64,000 bases of DNA. Origin: Neoconidiobolus thromboides FSU 785. Lineage: Eukaryota; Fungi; Entomophthoromycota. Numbering within the stretch: the stretch's first letter is position 1; each line of letters begins with the position of its first letter. The stretch spans positions 495 through 64,494 of the forward strand of contig MU626376.1 in the NCBI GenBank assembly GCA_025603075.1. The letters run 5' to 3'. The translations under genes and the position numbers were made by a program. The notes under the pieces were generated by a model. That model did not search any database and had not been told where the DNA came from. It saw only the letters and a list, made by a program, of their open reading frames with translations. Of this stretch, positions 1 to 12,755 are shown piece by piece.

Positions 1-947
1 CTAATGAATTTTTAAACACGCCGACTTTACTAGTAAAATTAATGCTATTTGATATTCAAACCAAGGTGGTAAAGACAATTTATCAACCACCTGAAAGATT
101 TTGTATAAAGCAGCTTTTTGTTGATAACAATCAATTTTATTTTCTTAAAAGACAGCTTAAGTTAGAGTATTATATGAATTAGATTTAACAAACTATAAAA
201 TAAAAAATAGAATTGATTTTAAATATGGTATAGGTTTTTCTATTATAAAATTTGATAAATCAGTTTATTTTATTTTGAAAGACAGTAAAGTTCAAGTCAA
301 TATTTATGAGTTCTGTTCCAATTTAAACAATTAAACGCTATAGTTGCATTAAATAATGGAGGATGCTTTACTGCTTATAATGATTATTTGATAAAAACTC
401 GTTTGGTTATACTTTAATTAATATAAATAATCCTAATCATTCATCTAATAATAAATCATCTAAACTTATTTTTGATGTACTCTTTCAAGGGTCAAATGCC
501 AATACAGATATTTCATATCACTAGTTGGGACTAAATAAGCGGTATGTTGGCATTGACTATTAATATAAATATAAATACAAGTAAGAATAAGAACAAAGAT
601 AAGGAGATAAATAAAACAGGTTATAAGAACAATGATAGCTTGTTGATTGGAGGAATTGTGGGAGGAATAAGTAAAGTTATTTTAATTTCAATAGCTGTAT
701 TACCCACATTATATAAATATCAAATAAAGAGAGACCTCTAAGTATGATTACTGAGCCTGTACATATTGAGTCAATCAATCCACTAGATGTTAACGATGAT
801 CATTATAGTACTGAAATGTTTTCTTACTCATAAAAGATTAATGATAGCATCACTATACTACCTATGAAAACGTACGTCAAAGCTGCAAGAAATATAAATT
901 TAATCAACCACGAGAATATGACTGGTAAATGTAAGGATATTAATTAA
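1..947 (+). pseudogene. Decayed Kelch-like type I membrane protein, family copy 1 (5' end cut by window edge)
   Basis: Frameshifted translation gives PTLLVKLMLFDIQTKVVKTIYQP..QLFVDNNQFYF, a TM segment GGIVGGISKVILISIAVL and a tail ITEPVHIESINPLDVNDDHYSTEMFSYS*KINDSITILPMKTYVKAA. All align by eye to the intact ORF at 57556-58986. Internal stops and frameshifts are present. Confidence 0.85.
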
Positions 948-967
948 ATATCAATAAATAACATTAA

Positions 968-1070
968 ATGGGGCTGTTTTTTTTGGCTTCATTATTTTTT
1001 CCATCTTTTAAGCGTTATTTGGGTGGAAAAATTGTTAGTAAAATTCCTAAATACAGAAATACATCCCCAA
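968..1070 (-). mobile_element. ~100-bp MITE family A copy
   Basis: ATGGGGCTGTTTTT...AATACATCCCC termini and shared internal sequence; about 20 bp after the stop of pseudogene copy 1. Confidence 0.85.
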
Positions 1071-1491
1071 ATGTTCTTCCAATTTACAATTTTACTAAAT
1101 ATTGTGAATCGACTTATTAGCCTTAATTAGTTTAAGGGAGTTTCTATTTTAATTCAAAATTGAACACGTATAAAGAAAAAAGTGATGATAAATTGTTTAT
1201 TAATATTATCATTAAACTATGATAACTAAAGCCAAACTTTGTTTTATAATAATTAAATTACTTTTGTTTATATTTGGAGTATTTTTAATTTAGTTTACAA
1301 AATATAGTTTATAGTTTATTATTATACAGGGTTTTCAACCTAAAATTGAAGTTTATTTTTGTAACAGTAATTTAAAAGAAATTTTAGACCAAATTTTAAA
1401 CATTTAAATTAGAATCAAATTTAAATATTTAAGTTTGCTGACTTTATTAATTCCAGAGCTAAAATGTTTTTAATAGAATAAAAATTGATCT

Positions 1492-1593
1492 ATGGGGATG
1501 TATTTTTGTGTTTAAGAATTTTACTAACAGTCTTTCCGTTCAAATAGCGTTTAAAAATGGAAAAAGTGATGAATCCAAAAAATATATCCCCAT
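1492..1593 (+). mobile_element. MITE family A copy
   Basis: ATGGGGATGTATTTTTGTGTTTAAGAATTTTACTAAC...AAAAAATATATCCCCAT, near consensus. Confidence 0.9.
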
Positions 1594-1860
1594 ATTTAAT
1601 TTCAAATGGTAATAAATTTAAAAAACCGGCCTAAATTTTTGTAAACCTGTGGCAACTTGAGTTGAAAGTGTTATATAAATTTTATCAGGAATTCGTTTTT
1701 CCAGACTAGAAGTATCTAAGCTATAAAATACGAGGTAATTGAAAAGTTTTTAAATCTTTAACTAAATAAATAAAAGGATGGTAGCACTATCTTGAAAATG
1801 AATATATTTTAGTAATATTTCACTAATAATGTTTTTGAATTTTCAAATATTAAGCAATAA

Positions 1861-1953
1861 ATGGGTTTTTTATTTCCACTTTTTCCATTTTTTAAGCGTT
1901 ATTTGAATAGAAAGACTCTCAGTAAAATTCTTAAATAAGAAAATACATCCCAA
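1861..1953 (-). mobile_element. MITE family A copy (degenerate)
   Basis: TTTTTCCATTTTTTAAGCGTTATTTGAA core and AAAATACATCCC end. Confidence 0.8.
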
Positions 1954-3105
1954 ATAGTTCTTTTAAATCGGCATAATTATGTTAAAAATAAATTCAAAAT
2001 ATTCAACTATTTTTCAAAAATAAACTCGGTCTTTAAAAAACAAAATTTTTATCAAGTATTTGAAAAAATTTATTAATAATATTATATTTTTCAACTTTCA
2101 AAACATAGCTTAGAAAGTACTATTTATTCGTTTACGATATGTTAAAATAGGAATTCAAACATCGAACTATACGGTTTTGAATATTTAAAGATAAAGCCTT
2201 GTCTTTAAATTTTTGCTATTGTTAATAAATTATTTTACATGTATTAAACTTAGTGATAAATTGATAGCCTAAAGTGGAATATTATAAGAATAAATTATTT
2301 AAAATTCATTATTAACAAATATATAAAATGAGGATTTAATAACACAAGTAATATTATTAATACATACAAAAAAAGTGATCCTTTAATTTAAAATAAAGCA
2401 ATATAATATCGATATAGAGTTTATTTAAGGTGGGATTGCGTGATATTATATTTTCTTATAGAATCTTTAATGACAATGGGCGGATTATTCTTAGTATTAT
2501 AAAAAGGGATTTTTTACTAGTATTTTTTGCACAGTTATATAGCTTTATTAAAATGTTGAAGATAAGAATCTTTCCACATGTAAATTTACTAAGTAGTTAT
2601 CTTTTATTTTACTTAATGTGCACAGATTATTGGCATTCTGGTATATTCCTGGTATTATTATTTACTCAATGAGATTAAAATAGAATAACTTTTGTAAATA
2701 ATAAATATGACAAGTTTTTAGTTTAATTATAATTTTATTTGCACAAAAAGATGAATTTAATATAAAGATAAAATAAAGGAGAATTTTGATCTAAAAATAA
2801 ATATAGCAAATATGATAGAAAGGTTCAAACGTTTAATAAAAGGTTCAATGCTCGTATTTATAGTTTCAGCTGTAATTTATAAAAGGGTGATGTTATTTTT
2901 ACAATAGATTTTATTATATTTTTAAATATGATGTAAATATCAGGGTGAAATGTTAAATCATGATAAAAATATTTGAAAATTAAACAATTTGATGGAAACT
3001 TGTAAAAATTTTATTAACATTAAATATACAGGGAGTTTTATGTAAACCAAATAATTATGGTACATTGATTCAGTTAAATAATAAAGTAGAAGGAAATTTA
3101 GATAT

Positions 3106-3525
3106 TCAATATGGAATAACTTTAGAGCATGACATCGTTGTCATCCAATATTCGGATATTCTTTGTTTAGGCTCATTATCGGATTCGCTGCTTAAAAGAG
3201 AGCTTAAATTAGGTGTCTTGGAGGAATAGTTAGAGTGATCTTTAGCTAATTTTTGTGTTCTTTGAGTGGTGACAGGTTCATTTATTTTGACAGATTTAGC
3301 TCTACGATTTTGAAACCAAATCTGAATGGCTCTTTGTGGTAAATTTAATCGTTTGCCGAGATCCCTTCTAATAGCTAATAAAGGATTACAATCCTTCTTA
3401 TATAAGGCTTCCAAAATCTCGAATTGCTCTTCAGTGAGCTTTGTCCTTGCTCTAACTACATTAGGAATGTAGGTACGTGGTTTAAATGGTTTAAGATTAT
3501 CGACTTGGTTAAAAGAAACTTTCAT
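3106..3525 (-). CDS. Small homeodomain transcription factor (139 aa)
   Basis: Homeodomain RARTKLTEEQFEILEALYKKDCNP...IQIWFQNRRAK with the helix-3 WFQNRR motif; intronless ORF. Confidence 0.92.
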   Translation of the reverse strand: MKVSFNQVDNLKPFKPRTYIPNVVRARTKLTEEQFEILEALYKKDCNPLLAIRRDLGKRLNLPQRAIQIWFQNRRAKSVKINEPVTTQRTQKLAKDHSNYSSKTPNLSSLLSSESDNEPKQRISEYWMTTMSCSKVIPY

Positions 3526-3611
3526 TTTGTAACGAAGATTTGAAAAAAGTATTTAAATACTGTTATGATAAATATGCAAATTGTTTTTTAAAATTTTTGT
3601 ATTTTCAGACC

Positions 3612-3619
3612 CTTTATAT
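3612..3619 (-). promoter_or_regulatory. Putative TATA box of homeobox gene 1
   Basis: TATATAAA on the minus strand about 90 bp upstream of the ATG; weak evidence in an AT-rich genome. Confidence 0.3.
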
Positions 3620-6600
3620 ATCATTTCGTTATCTTAGTTAATACCAATTTTAAAGAGTTAATAAAACTTGACCAATCAAATAAAACGTTTAGATTAACAT
3701 TATTTTTAGATAAGCATGATCAAGTAAAAAGCTATGACTTTAGCAATACAAATTTGGTATTTCTCTTAACTTACACAGAATTATTCATTTTATTTTGGTG
3801 ATTTTATAAAATTCCTGTTTTGATCACACTCTTCGTTTTGATATGAAAAGAATTTATAGATAATAATTAAAATAGTAAGTAAAACCCCTCATCCTTATTT
3901 GTTTAAATGCCTATTCGCCCTATCAAATCATTTCATTTATATTTGTTTTTATAGTCTATTTGTAATTGAAAGTCTTAATGTAGTAAAGAAATGATAGCTT
4001 AAATATGCATTGTTTATTTTACTTTAAGTCATATTTATAATATAACTTGTAATACGTAGCAGATATACATGTTATCATACTTAACCTGGAAGAATTACTT
4101 ATAAGCTATAAAAGCATAGTGGTTTAGGTCCCGATTTGGCACTGAGATAGCTAAATGTGCTTGATTAGCGCTCATTACATTATGAATAAATGATAAAAAC
4201 TGCAAAATTCTAAATTAGAGTGGGGAAAACATATTACTATATTTAGCTTCAAGGTTTTATATGAGCCTATTTTAATTTATAATATTTCTAGACCTTTCAA
4301 TATATTAAGCTCTAATTGCAAAGCTTTTAAAGATTAGGGGGAATGAAACTCAATAGGTTAACAACTGTGTATTTATGAAAATAAGGATTATATAATTTAA
4401 GTTTAAAGTAAAACATTAACCTTACTCTCTGTTGAAAGGGTGCTACAAATGCCAAGAAGGCTTAAAATAAGCTAGCCTACCTTTTTCACCCATATTTATT
4501 TAGGCTTAGTTGTACCAGTTACTGGTAAAATAGGCTTGAAATAATTATCTACAAGTTTTCGAATGCCATATTGCTTAAATGAGGAAAATTTTGATTTTAT
4601 AGAGCTTATTTAGATATCTTCTGCTATGAGGAAAATAAAGTATTAGTAGGCAATGGAGTATAATCTCAGTAATAATTTTCTAGTGCAATTTTGTTAATAT
4701 TGATATTTTAGTTTATGTTAAATATTATATTTAAAGTATTTAATAGTATTACAAAAAATATTTTGATTTCTTAAGTGCTTTCAAATTCGGCCCGTTTTTT
4801 ATGCTTAAAATAGCAATAAATTTCAACTCAGGCCATTTTATAGAAGTTTACTTAAGCTACTTTAAAACGCTTACAAACTGAGAACCCTGAGAATAGTTCT
4901 ACCAAAGCTTCGCTCTTTTGATATAGTATTAGAAAAAATATTAACTTTAATGTTACTTAAAGCCAAGATTTATTACAACTGATAAAATTTATGATAGAAT
5001 AGTTTTATCTTTCAGTATTAAATAAATAGAACTTTGCATTTCTAGAATAATAGTGCATCAATTACATTAATAATAACAGTATTGACCATCAGCTTTATTA
5101 GCTTTTAAACAATGAGTTCATTAGCCATCAGGTGAAATTTACTACAGAATACATATTAGAAAGATATTTTGAATTTAGCGAATTCGTGTATTATAGATAA
5201 AAAAGTATTGGTTTATCCGCTTAGATAAGAAATAAAACTTTTATACCACATTAGTATGCTCAATATTATGGGCTACGTGGGCATCTAAAATGCGAACATA
5301 AATTACCATCACACTATGTAAGGAATAAATAAATATATCATTTTAAAATATACCCAATCAATGTATTATTACTTATCTTAAATGATGCTCAACCTAGTGA
5401 TATTGAACGAATATTAATTTATTAGACCTCACAAGCAGCTTAAATAACCTTAGTTGTGATATATATGACTATATTATAAGATTTATAAATTGATTTAATA
5501 TATAATCCTACGAAGAAGCGATAAACAGTGGTGTCTATTTAAAACCATAGTAAGTTTGCAATAAACGCAATTTTTGAGTATTTTTAAATTAGTACTTAGA
5601 TTTAATTTGATTATAACGCATGGTATGGAGCTTTATTCATGTTCTTATGATACCAAAGCACCTTTAGCTTAAAACATACCAAATGAGATTTTGAATTATA
5701 TCATTAGTAATAAAAAATTTCAAAAGAGCAATTAATATATTTTGTTATAGAAAATGTATTACTCTGTTTTTAGTAATTTTGAATATTTTGATAAATAATT
5801 TATTAGTTTAATAAAAATAAAGGTTTAATGTCTAATAAACTGATAATTTATTTCATAATGATTTAGATTTCTTATCACACAGCTTTTTAAAAAGTAGAGC
5901 TTAAGGTTAAAGCAATTTGTTCAAAAATATTATTTGAGAAAATTGAATAAAATTTACATACAAACCTTTGCATATTCTAAAGATTTATTTATATCTATTA
6001 TTCTGAACTACTTATATTATTTATATCAATTATGTTTTATATCATAGTGTAGCACTTTATATATACATCATAGTGAAGTTGATAAAGTAATCATGTTAAA
6101 ATGATATATTGTAAAATAACTATAATAGATTTTACTTTCGGCTTAAAGATTAAACAAAAAATTATTGATTTCTTTGTAAAGTTTCTGTTAAGAGGAAAAA
6201 CGATGAAGGGGGGAGATTATTAGACTTAAACCATTATAATATTACCAAAAAATTATGTACTTTCATCATATCAAGATAAAAAGTTTTAAACCCAAAAACC
6301 CTTTGGAAGTGACCTGTCATTAGTTCACAATCCGCATTTTATCTATTAAATATTTTATTATATGATACAAATGTTCAATTGAGTAAGTCAACAAACAATA
6401 TGAGCTATCAGGGGGAAGATTTGACAGATTTTTATGAAATAAAAAAATATAAACCCACTTAACCTTAAAAATTGTAGAGATCACATTGTGAGTTAAAAAT
6501 AAATGTACATTATAAACTATTCTAAAAATATATTATTAAATTATGGAGTAATTGCCTTTATCGTAAAGATAGAGAAAGACGCTGACAGAAATAATTGGAT

Positions 6601-8284
6601 ATGTTTTTGGTATGACTTTTAGTATAGGTAAAATGTTAATCCTTATCTATTGAAATGAAATTATTATTATCGAAATAAAACTTCAGGAATATATTTATTT
6701 TATAATTCATGTAAATTTCTACAATATGTTATGCAATAAACATTACCTTATTTTATAAAATTATCATGTAAAAGTCAAATTTTATATGGTTCATAGCTTT
6801 ACATTTAAATTAGAATGTTATAAACTTTACAAAATAATGTATTAGATATTTAGGTACTGTAGTTCCGATAAAATAGTATAGTCTGTTTATATCTTTTAAC
6901 TTAAAAGCGGAGTATTATATATTACTTTTTGCAGTTTTTATAAAGTAAACATTAATTTAATAGGCCAATTAGTAGAAAATGGATAAATTGCAATTTTATT
7001 GTTTCAAACTATTTGTGAGCTATCTAGCGGTAGTTTTTGTAGTAAAAAAATTTGTCTAACTGAATTTCTGAAGCCTGATATTCTTATTCCAAATATTTCA
7101 ACTTAACTTTTTATCAAATAAACAGTTGAGTAATTCGCAAAGGAATTGAATTATCTGCAATGCTGCAAAATTTAATTTTATTTTACCAACCCCCGCTTTC
7201 AAGTAATGGTAAATGAAATTACATCATAGGTCAAAAAATCGAAATTCATATTACTTTATTTAGTATTATTCGGAATTTTTCTAAAAGCTAATACCATTTT
7301 TTTTAATATTACCTTTTTAACCAATTTATCCTCAATAATAATTTAAAAAGTTAAAAATAAATGTTAAAAAAATCAGGTGAATTTTAAAATAAATATTCAA
7401 GATTGGGCAAACGATATATAATATGAGCTATTGTTTTATTGTTTTGTAGCTCAGTTTTAGAAGTGTATATAAATTAATTGAAATTTTAAAAAGTGTTTCA
7501 AAAACATTGGTTTATCTAGCAACGAAATGTGATAAATGTATCAGCTTCATTAAACCTTAATGTTGGAAGCTAAACAGCTTTTAGTTCTATTATTTATAGG
7601 GAATATTTTATACTTTTTAACGTTTGTATCTCATATGAAGCGATCGATATTTAATAATAATATATTTAGTATTGATTTAGTTTTAGTATTTCAAACTGGA
7701 GATAAAGATTTAAAAGATACTTCTTTTGTAAAAATCTTGGAAGGGTTAAATTCCCAAGTGATTTATTGGTGGAGGTAAGAAAAGTTTAACATTGAAATAT
7801 TAGATAATACAAATGAGAAGCAAGGAAGTAGCGAGAGGGGAAAATGGAAAAAATAATCCCTTCTTGCTAAATTAAAATTAGTTAGGTAAAGTTACATACA
7901 CTTAAAACTTGAACATCTTACTTAGGCAAATAATATAAAATAACAGTCTTTAAACACTTAATGAAAACAATCATTGTATTTATTTTTTAATAACCATGGT
8001 AAATGACAAATAAGTATAATAAAATACAAGTGATTTGATTTTAAAAAATATGGCTTAAAGAATTAACGAAAAGCGATTTTTAACTTAATTTTATTATCTT
8101 AATATTAACTTGTATATTTAAAAAACATTAACTAGAAATCCAAATATAAAAGCCATATCTTTATGTTTTTATGATAACAAAATCTAAACGTTCCCCTGTT
8201 TAAACTAACTACTTTGTATTTTTGTACTTATAACTTACAATAAACTTAACTTTTTTAACTTGATTGTAATTTTATTTTTACAAT

Positions 8285-8393
8285 ATGGGGATATATTTTT
8301 GTGTTAAAGAATTTCATTATTTTTCCATCTTTTAAGCACTATTTGAACGGAAAAATTAGTAATGAAATTCTTAACACAAAAATACATCCCCAT
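8285..8393. mobile_element. MITE family A copy with symmetrised (chimeric) ends
   Basis: Both ends are the same terminus type, (AT)ATGGGGAT(A/G)TATTTTTGTGTTAA(A)GAATTTCATT, giving a ~35-bp near-perfect inverted repeat. Confidence 0.85.
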
Positions 8394-8640
8394 ATTTTAT
8401 TAGGGGCGATTTTTAACTTTTAATATTTTTTAAAGCTTATTTAAATAAGGAATTCCTTTAGATATAACTTAATAAATAGTTCAAAGCTCAAAGTTTTATA
8501 ATATTGTAAGGATTAATGAACTTATATAATGTTGAACAGGCTGTTATAAAACAAACAAATTTACTGAAACTACTTTTCATTAATAGCTAAATAAAAGACG
8601 ATACTGTACTAAACTAAGTATAATTCGACCAATTGGATTA

Positions 8641-8710
8641 ATTTTATTAACAATCTTTCCATTTAACGTTTAAAAAATGGAAAAACTGATGAAATCAAAG
8701 CACTCATTCT
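8641..8710 (+). mobile_element. Partial MITE family A fragment
   Basis: Core ACAATCTTTCCA...TAAAAAATGGAAAAACTGATGAAATCAAA without intact termini. Confidence 0.6.
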
Positions 8711-8764
8711 AACACAGTTTTTAGCTTAAAAAAATCATATATATTTTTATTAGTAACTTATTTT

Positions 8765-10166
8765 ATGAAGCTAATGAAGTATTGTCAAGAGTATTTGGTG
8801 GCAGATGTGGTGTATTGTAGTAGGAGGTGATTTGTATTAATTTGGTGAATATATAACCATTTCGAATTTAAATATATATAATAGGGAAATGTTTAAGATT
8901 TAAAAAAAGGAGTGAAATTAGTTGATAATACTATAGAATGGACTGTATATAATACAACTAATTTATCAAACCTTGTTCGCTTTTCATATGGAATTTTCTA
9001 TAAAGAATAAAACGTTGATGGTTTTTAACAATATTCATAGTGCAAATGTAAAGTATAATCAATTTAATATCAAAAAAAATGAGTGGGGAGCGAATATGCA
9101 ATCAAGAAGGTCTATGAATTTGATTTTTCACCTAATTATGAAAAAGATAGGGTTAGTGACTATGTTTATTATAACATTTTATAGAGTGAGAAAAATTAAA
9201 GAAGACTTTGCATTACTAACAAATTTTATTCAGCAGCATTTCCAACAAAAATAGTATCATTTGATATTCAAACTGAAGAAGTGAAAACAATCTATCAACC
9301 AAAAAGAGCCAATTCCATGATATTGCTATTTAGCAATAACAATAAAGTATATTATTTTAAAAACGTACCAGGGTTGGCTTCATATGCCATTATCGATATA
9401 TTATATGAATTGGATTTGACAACTTATAAAATAGACAAGTATAATACTAAATCCAGTAATCATACCAGCTTATCTATTGTAAAATTTAGTGGTTCGGTAT
9501 ATTTCATCCTTGATGGTGATAGTGTCTAAACTGAGATTTGTGCGTTTCAATTTCCATTATTAAAATTTAAACAATCAAACATAAAACTTTTAATTAAAAA
9601 TGAAAGACGTCTTCTAAATATAACAACTATTTGGTAAATTCATCTGGCTCTATTCGACTTAATCAAAGCATTTTTGATAATACAAAAGATTCTACCAGAT
9701 ATAGAGGAACTGAAGATGAGATCTCAAATAAAGTCCAAGCGTTTGGTGTGAATACTTTCGAGGAAGTAGGCGGTATACCTCCGTTAAATAACAGTAATAT
9801 TGGTAATAGTATATAAATTAAAGGAATAGGTAATGTTCGAAATAATAGTATTTCGACAATTGGGGGTATCTTAGGGGGGATCATTTCAATTAGAGCGGTC
9901 GTGTTATTTGTATCATATAAACACAAATCAAAGAAAAGACCTTCAAGTTATACTATTGATCATATTGTTATCGATCCAATCAATTGTTAGATGCTAATAG
10001 TGATTATTACAATACTGCAATATTCAGCCATTCACAAGAAATTGACAAAGCTACTTCTATGTTATCTATAAAAGCGCTCATCAAAGCTTTAAGAGATGTA
10101 AATATAGATAAAACAAAACAAAATAAAACTGAACTGTTATTAAATTACATTTTATTTTTGTGCTAA
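8765..10166 (+). pseudogene. Decayed Kelch-like type I membrane protein, family copy 2
   Basis: Fragments SRVFGGRC..IVVGGDLY, DLKKGVKLVDNTIEW, NNNKVYYFKN, TM GGILGGIISIRAVVLFVSY and tail YYNTAIFSHSQEIDKATSMLSIKALIKA match the intact copy. Multiple stops and frameshifts; track ORFs 9281-9529, 9631-9816 and 9984-10166 are pieces of it. Confidence 0.85.
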
Positions 10167-10378
10167 TTTTGATTTTTTTATTTATTGCATCTTTGGGTAA
10201 AGGTAAACTAACCTTGAACTATTAAGAGTTATAAGAAGCAAACGCTATCAATGGTTAATAGTAAAACAAAAAGCCAGTACACCGTCATACTCATAAAGGT
10301 TAACAAAGTACTAGAAGTTCAAGCTTATAAAATTTAAATGCAACATTTGATTTCTGCTCTGATATTAGCACAAAATTA

Positions 10379-10478
10379 TAGGGATGTTTTTTTTGATTTT
10401 ATCATTTTTTCCATTTTTTAAGCGTTATTTGAGTGGAAAGATTGTTAGTAAAATTAAACAAAAAAATACATCTTCACT
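10379..10478 (-). mobile_element. MITE family A copy
   Basis: GGGATGTTTTTTTTG...TTTTTCCATTTTTTAAGCGTTATTTGAGTGGAAAG...AAAATACATC. Confidence 0.85.
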
Positions 10479-11409
10479 ATAGTGAATTAAATTCTAAAAT
10501 CTTCTTCAAAGTAGGGTCCTTACTATCCCTATTATAAATGATTACTTTAAATATTTTAATAAATTAAATGATGTCATAAGGGGGAAATTTAAGTATATAT
10601 ATATAACATAATGTCTTTTTTGTAAAAAAGAAATCATAGTTGATAAATATTGACCCTATTTGTCATACTAGTAAAAGTCAGAGTTTATGCTATACTTTTC
10701 TTCTTATATAGACGTCTAAAGGCCTTTACAATTGCCAATGGTAATACACCTTGAAGAATTTAACGACTGTATTGATAATTGTCATCAATAACTCCTACAT
10801 TAAGTATTTTATCATGGTAAAACATTCAGAAATAGCTTAGTTGTATTTTGATTATATTATAAATACAGTTAGATATATAAATCGTACTCTGTTATTATAA
10901 ACTTGAAATTGAAAGCGTAATATAGCCACATAAGTTTATTAGCCTTATTATTGATATATTCATTAGCTTTATCATATAATACATATGCTGATACGAACCT
11001 TATATGCTCTTTAATGTATGTGCTAACGTATAAATCCGCAATATAATATGAAAATATACACTTAAACATTTAGTTATATCAAACTCATGATTTAAAGTGT
11101 AATAATCTATTTTTTATTTCATTATCTTCTTTAAATCTAGTGATAATGAAAACATTTAAAATGGAAACAAAAGAGTCAGTAGTCTTTACTTTTAATTTTT
11201 TTAAAAATTAGATGCTTATGAATCAAACTGATAAAAAGGTTTGGGTGATGACAAAGGGGACTTTGGTGGATTGGTTGTATGATGTGCCATCCGTTAGGCG
11301 TTTTATAAGCTAATTTCACTCTTTTCTATAAACCTAGTTTAAATAGCTATTTATTACCATCATTAAATATGGAATATGTAGTACATGAATCAACTCATCT
11401 AAATATCAT

Positions 11410-11512
11410 ATGAGGATGTATTTTTGTGCTTAAGAACTTTACTAATAAATTTTCCACTCAAATAGCGCTTAAAAAATGGAAAAAATAATGAAATCAAAAA
11501 AACACTCCCAAT
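11410..11512 (+). mobile_element. MITE family A copy
   Basis: ATGAGGATGTATTTTTGTG...CAAATAGCGCTTAAAAAATGGAAAAA...ACACTCCCA. Confidence 0.88.
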
Positions 11513-11708
11513 ATAGTATTTTAACCACATACATCTACCACTATCAACTCTTAGTGCTACTACTTTAATTTATAAAAAAACAACCAAAAAATAATAGAAA
11601 TAGCAGTAGCTTAAAAATAAAATTGAGAAAATATTTGGCTGTGTTAGTGTATATTTTTGTATTTATTAAATGTCCCGCATGTTCTTATAGTATATCATAA
11701 TTTATTAA

Positions 11709-11809
11709 ATAGAAGTGTTTTTTTTGACTTCATTATTTTTTCCATTTTTAAGCGCTATTTAAGCGGAAAAACTGTTAGTAAAATTCTTAAACATAAAATA
11801 TATCCCCAA
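11709..11809 (-). mobile_element. MITE family A copy
   Basis: Reverse-orientation copy ending AAAATATATCCCC; inverted relative to the copy at 11410. Confidence 0.85.
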
Positions 11810-12755
11810 ATTATTAGGTTCAATAGTTGATTATAAAGATAAATTTTATCAATAAGATGTATTCTTACATATAACCTCTATTCCTTACCAGTTTTTAAAA
11901 CTTTGCTAAATCTCAATATTAACATTTATTATTACATACTTTTTATGCTTAAGCCTTGGTACTTATAATTAATATATAAAAAGGTAAAATTCAACGATAT
12001 AGTTGCTTAAGTCATATAAGACACATTTTATTAAATAAAGATATTTTTATTATAACTTTGTAACACATTATCAAAGCCTTTATTTTTGTTCTTGGATAAC
12101 TTTTGTCAGATAACTAATAAAACAATACTATTTTGCTAAATGGTCAACTCATAAGAAGTTTTGAATAAAATTATTCAAAAACATATGGCAGTTTGCTTTA
12201 AGTTCAAGATAAAATTGTTATTTAAAATAACAATTTGTTTATTATTAAACCAACTTCAAAACTTTTACTTGGTCAAAATATCAAATTATTAGTACTATAC
12301 AAATAGTATTTGGCTTTAGCAAATACTAATATTGTTTTAACAATTAATAAGTCTAATATTAGCTAAGAAAACATGAAATTTTATAAGTTTAAATAAAGAT
12401 GTGTGACAAGAAAAATACAGTTATGCTAGTTTAAACTATAGAATGGGATCAATTTAAGGCCATGAAACGTTTTAACCTTTTAATCAAATGTGCACCTGGA
12501 GCTATTATTAGCATACAGTTATAAAAGTGAATAAATTCTATTGGTTAAATAAAATGCAGGACATGCTTTAAGGGATTGGCGATGAATTACTAAATTAAGC
12601 CATATAATGTGGTTGAACTAATTTACTACCTATTAAAATGATTTTTAAAACACCGTTTCTTTGGTTTTCAGTCCCCCAGATTCTAATTGTATTCACACTA
12701 TTATAAAATAATTTTTTCTAAGTTCAATATCTATCTGTAAGCAATATCTGTAAAC

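Noticed and set aside
4077-4090. ATACTTAACCTGG resembling the U1 snRNA 5' end (ATACTTACCTGG)
   Set aside because: It has an extra base in the essential motif, and no recognisable U1 stem-loops or Sm site follow.
5160-5300. ILDAHVAH on the minus strand resembling a pogo/Tc1 DDE motif
   Set aside because: Flanking residues do not continue the DDE_1 pattern; too short to support.
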